Positions 1 to 8,332 of a stretch of 64,000 bases of DNA are shown piece after piece. Position numbers and translations under genes: made by a program. The stretch spans positions 1 to 64,000 of the IMG/VR virus record IMGVR_UViG_3300027749_000066. One strand, written 5' to 3'. This DNA comes from a virus. Under the pieces are notes generated by a model. That model saw only the letters and a list, made by a program, of their open reading frames with translations. It did no database searches and had not been told where the DNA came from. Each line of letters starts with the position of its first letter. The first letter of the stretch is position 1.

Positions 1-7
1 TATTATT

Positions 8-3000
8 TTGAGAGAAAATAATAATATCATCCTAAGAGAAGATAATAATATTACACTAGTTCAGTCAGCAGATAATACTATTATTGCTGTAGGCTCTAGC
101 AACTCTGGTCCTGTTGGCCCTATCGGTCCACAAGGTCCACAAGGTCCACAAGGCCCACAGGGAGCATATGTTGTATTTCAAAATGAAACTCCGTCTTCTA
201 CAAATCTTCTTTGGGTTGATACTGATGATCCGGGTGATGCGGTCATCCCATCAGGAGGTTTGAAGGGGCAAGTTTTATCAAAAAATTCAAGTAGTGACTA
301 TGATACGGGCTGGGCAGATCGGCAGTATAAGAACGCTGTTGATATCCGAGAGTTTCAGGACAATATTGCTGTTGGCGTATTTGATCCGACATATGCAACT
401 GTTACGGATATCACTCCAGCCATAATAAGGGCTTTTGGGGTGTTGAGTGACGATGGTTATTCTTATATTTCTGGTCAAACACCTGAGCTAACCAAAGGAG
501 ATACTCTTGTACTACCCAAAGGGTTTTACAAGTGTCAACCTTTTTCTTATCATTTCCCGATGCACCTTACGGGTTCTGGTATGTCTCTTACTCGCCTTGC
601 CCCTGTAAACAATGTTCATGTAAACGGATCTACTGCTGAACAGTTCATAACTTTGAAAAGGGGACCAAGTAATACACCCTACCTACAAAATGGTCATATT
701 GATGGGTCATTAATAGAGAACCTCTTCATAGATGGGAGAGGTCGTACCATTGACATCGGGGGACTGGAGTACCAGTTTCAACATCACTATTTGTTGCGTA
801 ATGTTCGTATAGCCCACTTCGCACGGACGGGTTTGACAGTTAATCAATCTCCGCGAGAATCGGTATTTGATTATGTGTATTTGCTTGGTAATGGCGATGG
901 GTCATCATACCCACAGTTTGATCTATCAGAATATACTACTTCTGATGATACAAATAATATGCATTTTCATAATTTTTTCTCTATTTTCCCATTTGGTGAC
1001 AGTATGTGGTTTAGACCAGATCCTGCAAATTCAACTAGAGCGAGAAATGTATATTTTTCCCAATCTATGATTCACAATTGTACTGATGGAATTGGACAAT
1101 CATTTATTTTTCAAGATGGTTATGGCTATACGGCTACACCCGCTATAAGAGGTGGTACTAATCTTACTATTGCAGGTAATGGCTCAAGTTTTTTTAATGG
1201 TGCTAGATTTATCAACAGTTCTTATGGTAAGCCAGTTATTAGAGAGTGTGATTATTCTATAGCTAGCGGTTATTCTAAAAAGACTGGTCCATCTGCGAGT
1301 GGTACGATGGGTGTGACTTTTTATGGCGGTGTTTCTGCAACAACAGCCCTTAACACCGCAATCACTAGTGCAACTCCCGGTGTTCCCACCGCATTGAGTT
1401 TGGCAATTACTAACACTCGCTCTACTACAAGCACTACGCTTACTGCCGCAATCACTAGTACAAGCAGCACTTTAATTACAGTCAATAGCGCTAGCACTGT
1501 AGAAGTCAATTCAGTTCTCCTAATTGATTCTGAAGTAATGGTAGTCACCGCCGTATCAGGCACTACTCTAACTGTGACCCGAGGGGCAGCAGGCACAACT
1601 GCCGCAACTCACCTGACGGGAGCTTTAGTTCGAACCAATATCGTCAAAGTAAGTTCTTCTACTGGTATAGCAGCCGGTTCAGTTGTACTGATTGATTCCG
1701 AACTGGTGACAGTTACTTCAACATCGGGCAGCGGCAACCTTCTTGTCACCAGAGGAACAGGTGGTACGACTGCTGCAACTCATCTTCTTAACGCCACAGC
1801 TAGTAGCACTATCAGTGTGAATTCTTCTACTGGCATGACTGCTGGTTCAGTTCTCCTGATTGACTCTGAGAAGCTAGTTGTTGTGTCAGTTTCTGGTAAC
1901 TATCTTGTAGTCACCAGAGGCGCATCAAACACTACTAGCGCTTCTCATTCCGCAGGAGCGACAGTACAAGTTCTTAACTCTAATTCTTATTTTGAAGAAC
2001 GAGTATCACGTACTAACTCTATGCCTACAGGGACAAGAGTAAAAGTTAGTGATTCACTTCCTTCAGAGATATCAGCAAATCAATACTATTATCTGATAGA
2101 CAGTACTCCTCTGAAGTTAGCAAGTACTGCTTCAAACGCTATGGCTGATATTCCAATCGCAATAACTTATACAAGCGCATCTAATCTTAATGCAACTATA
2201 ACTTCTTATGTAAACACCGGGGCAACTAACTACCTGCACTACTCTCAAGGTAACGTAGGAAATACTAACTATATAACTGGTTCTGTTACAACCTCTAGTG
2301 GTTCTCCTACATTGACAGTCGTTCCGGGTTCTGTAAATTCTGATGATGGAAGTTTTCTTTCGAGTAATGCACACTTCCTCACCACTGGAGCTTTGATACG
2401 TTTTACGGGAACTCTGCCTACAGGGATTTCTGCTGATGTTGATTATTATGCTGTAGTTCCCACAACCCGCAGTTTCCAGACTTATTCTACGCCCCTCAAT
2501 CCTGCTAGCGGCTATGCAACTACTTCTTCTAGCACTCTGACTATTGTCAATAGTGGGGACATTACTCTAACTATCGTCCCTGTTGGAACTTTTGGACCAG
2601 ACCAGATGGTATCCGTTGTATGGAGTGTTGACAAGTGGATGATGATTAGGGTCAAGAGCTATAATTCTGCTACTGGTCAAGTGGTCGGAAGTGTTTTTGC
2701 CAGCAAGGGGTCGGGAACATACGGGTCACCGGAGGCAACATGGAATGTAGATCGAAGTACAGCAAACACAGGCCAGTGGGGAGAAATGGCTGTTAGCACC
2801 ACAACTTTCAAGATAGCGAGGTCATTCTTGGATGCAGAGTATTCTGCAACGAATCCCTCTGACACATCCCGCCTTGTCTCAGTCTCTTCGGTGGGATCAT
2901 GTACGTTCACTACACAGCGCTATCAAGTATCACTTGAAAAGGGCAATCTTCTTTTACAAGACATTGATTTTGATAGTATTACTGATAGTAGCCTTATTCG

Positions 3001-3550
3001 GGCAGCTTCTGACGTAAGAGTAGAAATAGGGAAAGGAATGGATTTTTCCCAAAATAAAGTCTTGCCCACCAACTTCAATACTGTTATGAATCATATACCC
3101 GTGTATCTTTTGTCGGACATCACTAACGACACTACGGCGTTTGCTAACGGAATAAGTGTGATTTACCCCAATTTGCTTAGAAATGCACAATATACTTTTG
3201 AGGGTACACTGTATGTAACTAGTGATCCTACTGAAGATATCAAATTGGCAGTTGGCTATAATAATTTATATGGCTTGAAGTGGTATGCCAGTGGGTTAGC
3301 TTCAGATGGAACTACATTTACTATTAGCGACGCAATAGTTGGAACTGATGGTTCAGCAACAACTACTTCAGTTATTATGGGTACAAAATCCACTACTGTA
3401 CCCAACGTGATAACAGTAAAAGGTACGTTCACTACTTCAACAGGTGTTCCTAGCTTTTTTTTGAAATTTGCACAAAATACAACGGCAGTAAGTGGTGTAG
3501 CAGCAACATTAAAATCAGGCTCTAACCTTATGTTTACCCAGATTGGTTGA
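8..3550 (+). CDS. Large virion fibre/tailspike-like protein (collagen N-terminus, pectate-lyase-like beta-helix, inserted Ser/Thr-rich beta modules); start uncertain at window edge
   Basis: GPQGPQ collagen repeat; tailspike-like segment DITPAIIRAF...TLVLPKGFY...LTGSG; three IDSE-x-V...VTRG...T-x-A-x-H repeats. Confidence 0.7.
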   Translation: MRENNNIILREDNNITLVQSADNTIIAVGSSNSGPVGPIGPQGPQGPQGPQGAYVVFQNETPSSTNLLWVDTDDPGDAVIPSGGLKGQVLSKNSSSDYDTGWADRQYKNAVDIREFQDNIAVGVFDPTYATVTDITPAIIRAFGVLSDDGYSYISGQTPELTKGDTLVLPKGFYKCQPFSYHFPMHLTGSGMSLTRLAPVNNVHVNGSTAEQFITLKRGPSNTPYLQNGHIDGSLIENLFIDGRGRTIDIGGLEYQFQHHYLLRNVRIAHFARTGLTVNQSPRESVFDYVYLLGNGDGSSYPQFDLSEYTTSDDTNNMHFHNFFSIFPFGDSMWFRPDPANSTRARNVYFSQSMIHNCTDGIGQSFIFQDGYGYTATPAIRGGTNLTIAGNGSSFFNGARFINSSYGKPVIRECDYSIASGYSKKTGPSASGTMGVTFYGGVSATTALNTAITSATPGVPTALSLAITNTRSTTSTTLTAAITSTSSTLITVNSASTVEVNSVLLIDSEVMVVTAVSGTTLTVTRGAAGTTAATHLTGALVRTNIVKVSSSTGIAAGSVVLIDSELVTVTSTSGSGNLLVTRGTGGTTAATHLLNATASSTISVNSSTGMTAGSVLLIDSEKLVVVSVSGNYLVVTRGASNTTSASHSAGATVQVLNSNSYFEERVSRTNSMPTGTRVKVSDSLPSEISANQYYYLIDSTPLKLASTASNAMADIPIAITYTSASNLNATITSYVNTGATNYLHYSQGNVGNTNYITGSVTTSSGSPTLTVVPGSVNSDDGSFLSSNAHFLTTGALIRFTGTLPTGISADVDYYAVVPTTRSFQTYSTPLNPASGYATTSSSTLTIVNSGDITLTIVPVGTFGPDQMVSVVWSVDKWMMIRVKSYNSATGQVVGSVFASKGSGTYGSPEATWNVDRSTANTGQWGEMAVSTTTFKIARSFLDAEYSATNPSDTSRLVSVSSVGSCTFTTQRYQVSLEKGNLLLQDIDFDSITDSSLIRAASDVRVEIGKGMDFSQNKVLPTNFNTVMNHIPVYLLSDITNDTTAFANGISVIYPNLLRNAQYTFEGTLYVTSDPTEDIKLAVGYNNLYGLKWYASGLASDGTTFTISDAIVGTDGSATTTSVIMGTKSTTVPNVITVKGTFTTSTGVPSFFLKFAQNTTAVSGVAATLKSGSNLMFTQIG
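125..160 (+). repeat. Collagen-coding tandem repeat (GGTCCACAA)n
   Basis: ggtccacaa units encoding GPQ. Confidence 0.8.
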
Positions 3551-3580
3551 TTTTATGAATAGAATAGTGCAGGAAAGATA

Positions 3581-4021
3581 ATGAGTACAATTAAAAGTTG
3601 GAATTCAACTACAGGTCAGTGGGAAGTTATCGTTGTAGGAAAACAAGGTCCAACAGGTCCAACAGGTCCAACAGGTGCTGCAGGCACTAACGGCACTAAC
3701 GGAGATTGGACAACTGCTCAGACAATATCTACTCCAACAATCACATCTAATGCTTATGCTATTCTATCTACTGATAATGGAAAATTATTATTATTGAATA
3801 ACAGTTCAACTGCAATGACATTGAATGTAAATACTGGAGTTGGTTTAATTGCGGGGCAAAAAATTGATATGATCCAAACTGGGTCAGGGCAAGTTACTGT
3901 AAGTGGCACTGCTACTGTTAATTCTTCTTCCGGCAAAAAATTTAGAGTACAATATTCCGGGGCTACTTTAATTTGTACATCTACAAATAATTATATATTA
4001 ATTGGAGATTTAACTACATAG
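3581..4021 (+). CDS. Short collagen-containing virion fibre protein
   Basis: GPTGPTGPTG repeat; C-terminal domain ending ILIGDL shared with 5021..5626 and 6854..7291. Confidence 0.65.
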   Translation: MSTIKSWNSTTGQWEVIVVGKQGPTGPTGPTGAAGTNGTNGDWTTAQTISTPTITSNAYAILSTDNGKLLLLNNSSTAMTLNVNTGVGLIAGQKIDMIQTGSGQVTVSGTATVNSSSGKKFRVQYSGATLICTSTNNYILIGDLTT

Positions 4022-4076
4022 ATTTATCGCTATTATCTCAATATAATGATAAAATGGTTATATATTTGGAGGAAAA

Positions 4077-5021
4077 ATGACGACGATTGTTAATGATGTT
4101 TCTGATGTGGGCATTTATAATATTGTTGCCGATCAGGGAACAACTTTTATGCGTTCTATCACTTATCAAAATGCTGCTGGAACTGCTATTAATCTTGGTA
4201 CTGGTGCTTCTGCTCAGATGAAAGTTCGCAAGTCTTATCCCGCGACTCAAAATAGAGCAGCCTATAGAGATTCTGCAGTTTTATGGACTACGACTGATAC
4301 TTCCACTTGCACTATTTCATCTGATGGTGGAGCTAAAATTACTAAATCAGGTCATGATTTTTTTATAGGGGATTCAGTTTATTTTAGCCCAAATTTCACT
4401 ACCTCTGCAGGTAATTTTACCTGCACCGGGTCTTCTGCTACACTAACCCTAGCATCACATACTTTTAAAGTTGATGATACAGTTCGTTTTACTAGTACAA
4501 CAACACTCCCTACTGGCATTTATGCTAATAAAACTTATTATATAAGAAATCCTTTAACTAATACTTTTGAAATTACTACTCTTAGGGGAGGTTCTAGTTC
4601 TATTAGCCCAACTACTTCTGGCACAGGAACCCATACGGTCTATAAAGGGCTTCCTGCTTCTATAGTTGAAGGTACTGCCTATTTTGTAGTGGATGATTCT
4701 TCTACTGATAATGATCCAACAGATACTACTTTTAGAATTGCTACAAATACTGGATACATTCCCGGATCATCTGCACCAACTATCGGTGGGTCTTGGTCGG
4801 CTAATGTTTCTGGCTTTAATTCTCCTCCTCAGTCTCTCACTGTTACTGGAGGGGTTATTGATATTAAAATTCCTTCTTCTTATATGTCAGCAATACCTGC
4901 CGGTATTTATGATTATGATCTTGAGGTTACGTTAGGTACTTCTCCGGGGGTTGGGACTGTTGGAGATGTAATCAAAATTATTCGAGGATTATTTGAAGTT
5001 AGGCAGGAGATTACCTACTAA
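4077..5021 (+). CDS. Virion structural/fibre adaptor protein (BppU-like beta sandwich with inserted modules)
   Basis: GGAGG RBS; YNIVADQGTTF...AQMKVR and YDYDLEV...IIRGLFEV adaptor motifs; H-x-F-x-x-G/DD-x-V inserts. Confidence 0.55.
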   Translation: MTTIVNDVSDVGIYNIVADQGTTFMRSITYQNAAGTAINLGTGASAQMKVRKSYPATQNRAAYRDSAVLWTTTDTSTCTISSDGGAKITKSGHDFFIGDSVYFSPNFTTSAGNFTCTGSSATLTLASHTFKVDDTVRFTSTTTLPTGIYANKTYYIRNPLTNTFEITTLRGGSSSISPTTSGTGTHTVYKGLPASIVEGTAYFVVDDSSTDNDPTDTTFRIATNTGYIPGSSAPTIGGSWSANVSGFNSPPQSLTVTGGVIDIKIPSSYMSAIPAGIYDYDLEVTLGTSPGVGTVGDVIKIIRGLFEVRQEITY

Positions 5022-5626
5022 TGACTGAAGTTAATCAAACCACTAATGAAATTGTTGTAAGTGGTATTGATACTACTGTCAGTGTTACCCCTACTGCTGC
5101 TGGACCTAATGTTACTGTCAATAGAGGTTTGCAGAATATTTCTGTGAGTCCCTCCGCTATTGCTAGTGAGGCTTCAGTTGGTATGATTGGCCCACAGGGT
5201 TCTACTGGCTCTCAGGGGCCACAAGGCCCGCAAGGTCCAGCGGGGATAGTAATTCAGTCAACAGCCCCTTCTGATACTTCTGTAGTTTGGGCTGATACAA
5301 GTTCTACTGGTTCACTTTTTGCACCATATAGATTGAATACTTCTGTTAAATCTGCCAATTATACTTTGGTATTGACAGATGAGCAAACTTTGATTGAGGT
5401 TTCTGCTGCTGCTACAATAACTGTCCCGACAAATGCATCTGTTGCTTTTGCTATTGGGACTCAAATTAACCTTTTGGCAACTGGTACTGGATCTGTAACT
5501 ATCGCTCCTGCTAGCGGGGTAACTGTTAATGCTACTCCAAGTTTAATTTTGAGAGCACAGTGGTCTTCTGCTACACTTATTAAGAGGGCTACTAATACAT
5601 GGGTTTTGGTTGGTGATTTAGCATGA
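5021..5626 (+). CDS. Collagen-containing virion fibre protein
   Basis: GPQGPQGPAG; C-terminal LRAQWSSATLIKRATNTWVLVGDLA domain; start overlaps upstream stop. Confidence 0.65.
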   Translation: MTEVNQTTNEIVVSGIDTTVSVTPTAAGPNVTVNRGLQNISVSPSAIASEASVGMIGPQGSTGSQGPQGPQGPAGIVIQSTAPSDTSVVWADTSSTGSLFAPYRLNTSVKSANYTLVLTDEQTLIEVSAAATITVPTNASVAFAIGTQINLLATGTGSVTIAPASGVTVNATPSLILRAQWSSATLIKRATNTWVLVGDLA

Positions 5627-6300
5627 TTCTTGGAATAACTGCTTCTAGTCGTGTTGCTACTGCTGCTACAGTTCCAGCATTCAGATCTGTTGCTACTGCT
5701 TCAACAACTACTTCTAGTATGACTTGTGCTATGCCTGCTGGTTTCGCTGCAGGTGATATTCTTATTATGCAAGTTAATGTTAATGCTGATGCAAAAACTG
5801 GAGGCTCTACATATGGTGCTTTCAATCCCCCTGCCGGATGGACTATTCGATATTCTTACGATATTTTTAGCGGAGATTATTGTCAAATGGAAATTTTTAC
5901 AAAAACTGCAACAGGTTCTGAAACATCATTTACTTGGCCTATTCTTAATAATTATGTTGCGGCAATGTCGATAATGGCAATATCTGGAGGGACAGCAATA
6001 GACGTAGTTGGCGCTTCCGGGGTGGGAAGTTTAGTGGCAGGATCAATCACCACAACTACTTCTTCAGATCTACTAGTTGGTTGTTGGTGGAATTGGTGTT
6101 ATACTTCAGATATTTTAGTTAACCCTGCATCTATGACACAAAGATCTAATATAAATATTTATGATCCTATTAATACTCGATATATAAATACACTTATGAC
6201 TACTCAAAATTTGATAGCTTCTGGTGCTACTGGAAGTAGAACTGCCACTACTAGCGGAACTAGTACTTATCCAGCTTCTACGCTTTTGGCGGTGAAATAG
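5623..6300 (+). CDS. Putative fibre-tip/adhesin protein
   Basis: N-terminal MILGITASS; Thr/Ala-rich; AAGDILI...PAGWT motif seen in phage surface proteins; ATGA overlap. Confidence 0.5.
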   Translation: MILGITASSRVATAATVPAFRSVATASTTTSSMTCAMPAGFAAGDILIMQVNVNADAKTGGSTYGAFNPPAGWTIRYSYDIFSGDYCQMEIFTKTATGSETSFTWPILNNYVAAMSIMAISGGTAIDVVGASGVGSLVAGSITTTTSSDLLVGCWWNWCYTSDILVNPASMTQRSNINIYDPINTRYINTLMTTQNLIASGATGSRTATTSGTSTYPASTLLAVK

Positions 6301-6857
6301 TGAAATATATTGTTGGTGGTCTTAATAGAACTGGAACTACTGCTTTAATTCATGCTCTTGCTTTAGCATCTCAAATGCCTATTTGGTATAATCAGGAACT
6401 TGAGTCAGTTATTAGAAGTCGCGAAATTGACTCCGTTGAATATAATCCAAATCCTAATACTGATTATTATGCTCACAATTACCTCACCCGCCCAGCGTCT
6501 GAGTGGATTGATATCGTCCCAGAAAACAATATTTTAAAAATGTCTGTATATAATTTAACTGACCTTCCCCAAGGAGAGTGGAATATAGTATTAACTAATA
6601 GATCTATAGACGAAATACAACTTTCTTATTCTAACTCTTTTGGTGGTTCGATAGGACAATCATTTATAGATTTTAGAGCGCAAATTGAAGAAGATTTAAC
6701 GGGGCGTAGTGATGTCAATCTTTCTATTGTAAATTATTCTGATTTAGTTAATAATACATTAAATACTTTTAATTTATTATTAGATAATAGATGGCCTATT
6801 GACCCAGAAATTGCTGCCTCTACTATTGATCCTAACTTGTATAGGAGCAAAATATGA
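6300..6857 (+). CDS. Sulfotransferase-family (P-loop) protein
   Basis: N-terminal IVGGLNRTGTTALIHAL resembles the 5'-PSB motif G-x-P-R-S-G-T-T; later VNYSDLV and IDPNLYR typical of the family. Confidence 0.6.
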   Translation: MKYIVGGLNRTGTTALIHALALASQMPIWYNQELESVIRSREIDSVEYNPNPNTDYYAHNYLTRPASEWIDIVPENNILKMSVYNLTDLPQGEWNIVLTNRSIDEIQLSYSNSFGGSIGQSFIDFRAQIEEDLTGRSDVNLSIVNYSDLVNNTLNTFNLLLDNRWPIDPEIAASTIDPNLYRSKI

Positions 6858-7291
6858 CTGTTCTTAAGCTTTGGAATGGCTCTGCTTGGGTTGAGACTGC
6901 TGTTGGTGCTCAAGGTCCAACAGGCGATGCAGGAACTAATGGCGCTAATGGCGATTGGTCAACTGCACAGATAGTACGCAGTGATAGTTCAACTTCGGCA
7001 ACTACTTTAGTTAGCACAGATGCCGGAAAGATGGTTAGATTTACTGGCGGTTCTAATATTAATGTGACGTTGAAATCTGGTGCCAGTGGTATATCGCTTA
7101 CTCAGGGACAACGTGTTGATGTTGTCCAAACTGGAGCGGGAAAGATTACTTTTTTAGGTGGCGATCATACTTTGCTTTTTACGCCAACTGCTCAGTTGCG
7201 TACAGCAAATTCTTCTGCATCAATTATGTGTCTTGATACTTCTGTTAGCCCTAATCTTTATCTTCTAACTGGCGATGTGGCGGCTTCGTAA
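6854..7291 (+). CDS. Short collagen-containing virion fibre protein, paralog of 3581..4021
   Basis: GTNGANGDWSTAQ versus GTNGTNGDWTTAQ; QTGAGKIT versus QTGSGQVT; ends LTGDV. Confidence 0.65.
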   Translation: MTVLKLWNGSAWVETAVGAQGPTGDAGTNGANGDWSTAQIVRSDSSTSATTLVSTDAGKMVRFTGGSNINVTLKSGASGISLTQGQRVDVVQTGAGKITFLGGDHTLLFTPTAQLRTANSSASIMCLDTSVSPNLYLLTGDVAAS

Positions 7292-8271
7292 TGCCTTCTA
7301 CGTTTGGTATAGTTTCTTCAGCGTCAACATATGTTCATCCTTTATTTGCTGTTTCCCCTGATACTTCTGGATTTTTTGGTGGGCCTGCAACTGTTACTAG
7401 TTATCAGGCAAATGGGTGGCAATATGCTTTAGTGACTGGAATTAGTGGCTATACTGCTAATATTATTCCAACTATTGGTGGAGAAGTCCAGATTATTTTG
7501 ATTGGTGGTGGCGGTGGTGGTGGCGCTTCTAACCTAGGAAATGTTTCCGGTGGCGGTGGCGGTGCAGGAGGCTATCTAGGCCCATCGAAAGTATTAATAG
7601 ATAGATCACTTCAAATTAACATAGGATCGGCAGGTGCTGGGGCAGCAAATGCGACTACTGCAGCTACTGCTGGTGGTGAAACAAATTTGTATGACTTTTC
7701 TGTGCTTGGTACTTATTTGGGATTGCGAGCCTATGGGGGTGGGCAGGGCGGTACAACCAACTTACTGCTATCTGGGTCCGGTGCTTCAGGTGGTGGTGGC
7801 GGAACTAATAATAATACAAGTTATGCTGGAGGGTCTGCGACTCCAAGCGGTCAGGGGAATGCTGGTGGTGCTGCATTTGGTAGCACAACCCTTTTAAATC
7901 GTGCTGGCGGCGGAGGCGGTGGCGCAACTACTTCTGGTAGTGCTGGAGCATCGCAAACAGGCGGTGCTGGTGGTACCGGGTTTAGTATTCCATCAGGATG
8001 GGATTCTCCTTCCTCTCCTCCTAGTGGATGGCCTACAAGCGGGAAAGCGTTTTCTGCTGGCGGTGGCGGTGGTGGAAATATTACGCGTGGAGCAGGCGGG
8101 TCATCAAGTAGTGGCGGCAATGGCGGTATTGGATCAAGTAGTACAGCTGCAGTAGTTGCATCTACTATTGGCTCCGGTGGTGGCGGTGCAGGTGTAGGGG
8201 CAACAACAAATATAACGCGAGCAGGCCAGAATGGTTTTTCTGGAATGGTTTGGATTAGATGGAGATTATAA
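7291..8271 (+). CDS. Glycine-rich putative adhesin/fibre-tip protein
   Basis: Many GGGGGG/GGGGAGG runs, IGGGGGGG opening and G-x-S-G-x-V-x-I-R-W ending typical of phage glycine-rich domains. Confidence 0.65.
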   Translation: MPSTFGIVSSASTYVHPLFAVSPDTSGFFGGPATVTSYQANGWQYALVTGISGYTANIIPTIGGEVQIILIGGGGGGGASNLGNVSGGGGGAGGYLGPSKVLIDRSLQINIGSAGAGAANATTAATAGGETNLYDFSVLGTYLGLRAYGGGQGGTTNLLLSGSGASGGGGGTNNNTSYAGGSATPSGQGNAGGAAFGSTTLLNRAGGGGGGATTSGSAGASQTGGAGGTGFSIPSGWDSPSSPPSGWPTSGKAFSAGGGGGGNITRGAGGSSSSGGNGGIGSSSTAAVVASTIGSGGGGAGVGATTNITRAGQNGFSGMVWIRWRL

Positions 8272-8281
8272 AGTTAGTAAT

Positions 8282-8310
8282 TTGACTTTTTAGTAAATCT
8301 TATCTACAAT
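8282..8310 (+). promoter_or_regulatory. Sigma70-type promoter of the head operon
   Basis: TTGACT-17 nt-TACAAT upstream of GGAGG RBS at 8321. Confidence 0.7.
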
Positions 8311-8332
8311 TAATAGGATCGGAGGATTGTTT

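Noticed and set aside
1340-1975. Diversity-generating retroelement TR/VR pair
   Set aside because: Repeats are coding, diverge at all bases rather than adenines, and no reverse transcriptase is present in the window.
3644-3700. Short tandem repeat GGTCCAACA as a regulatory or CRISPR-like repeat
   Set aside because: Simply encodes collagen GPT triplets.
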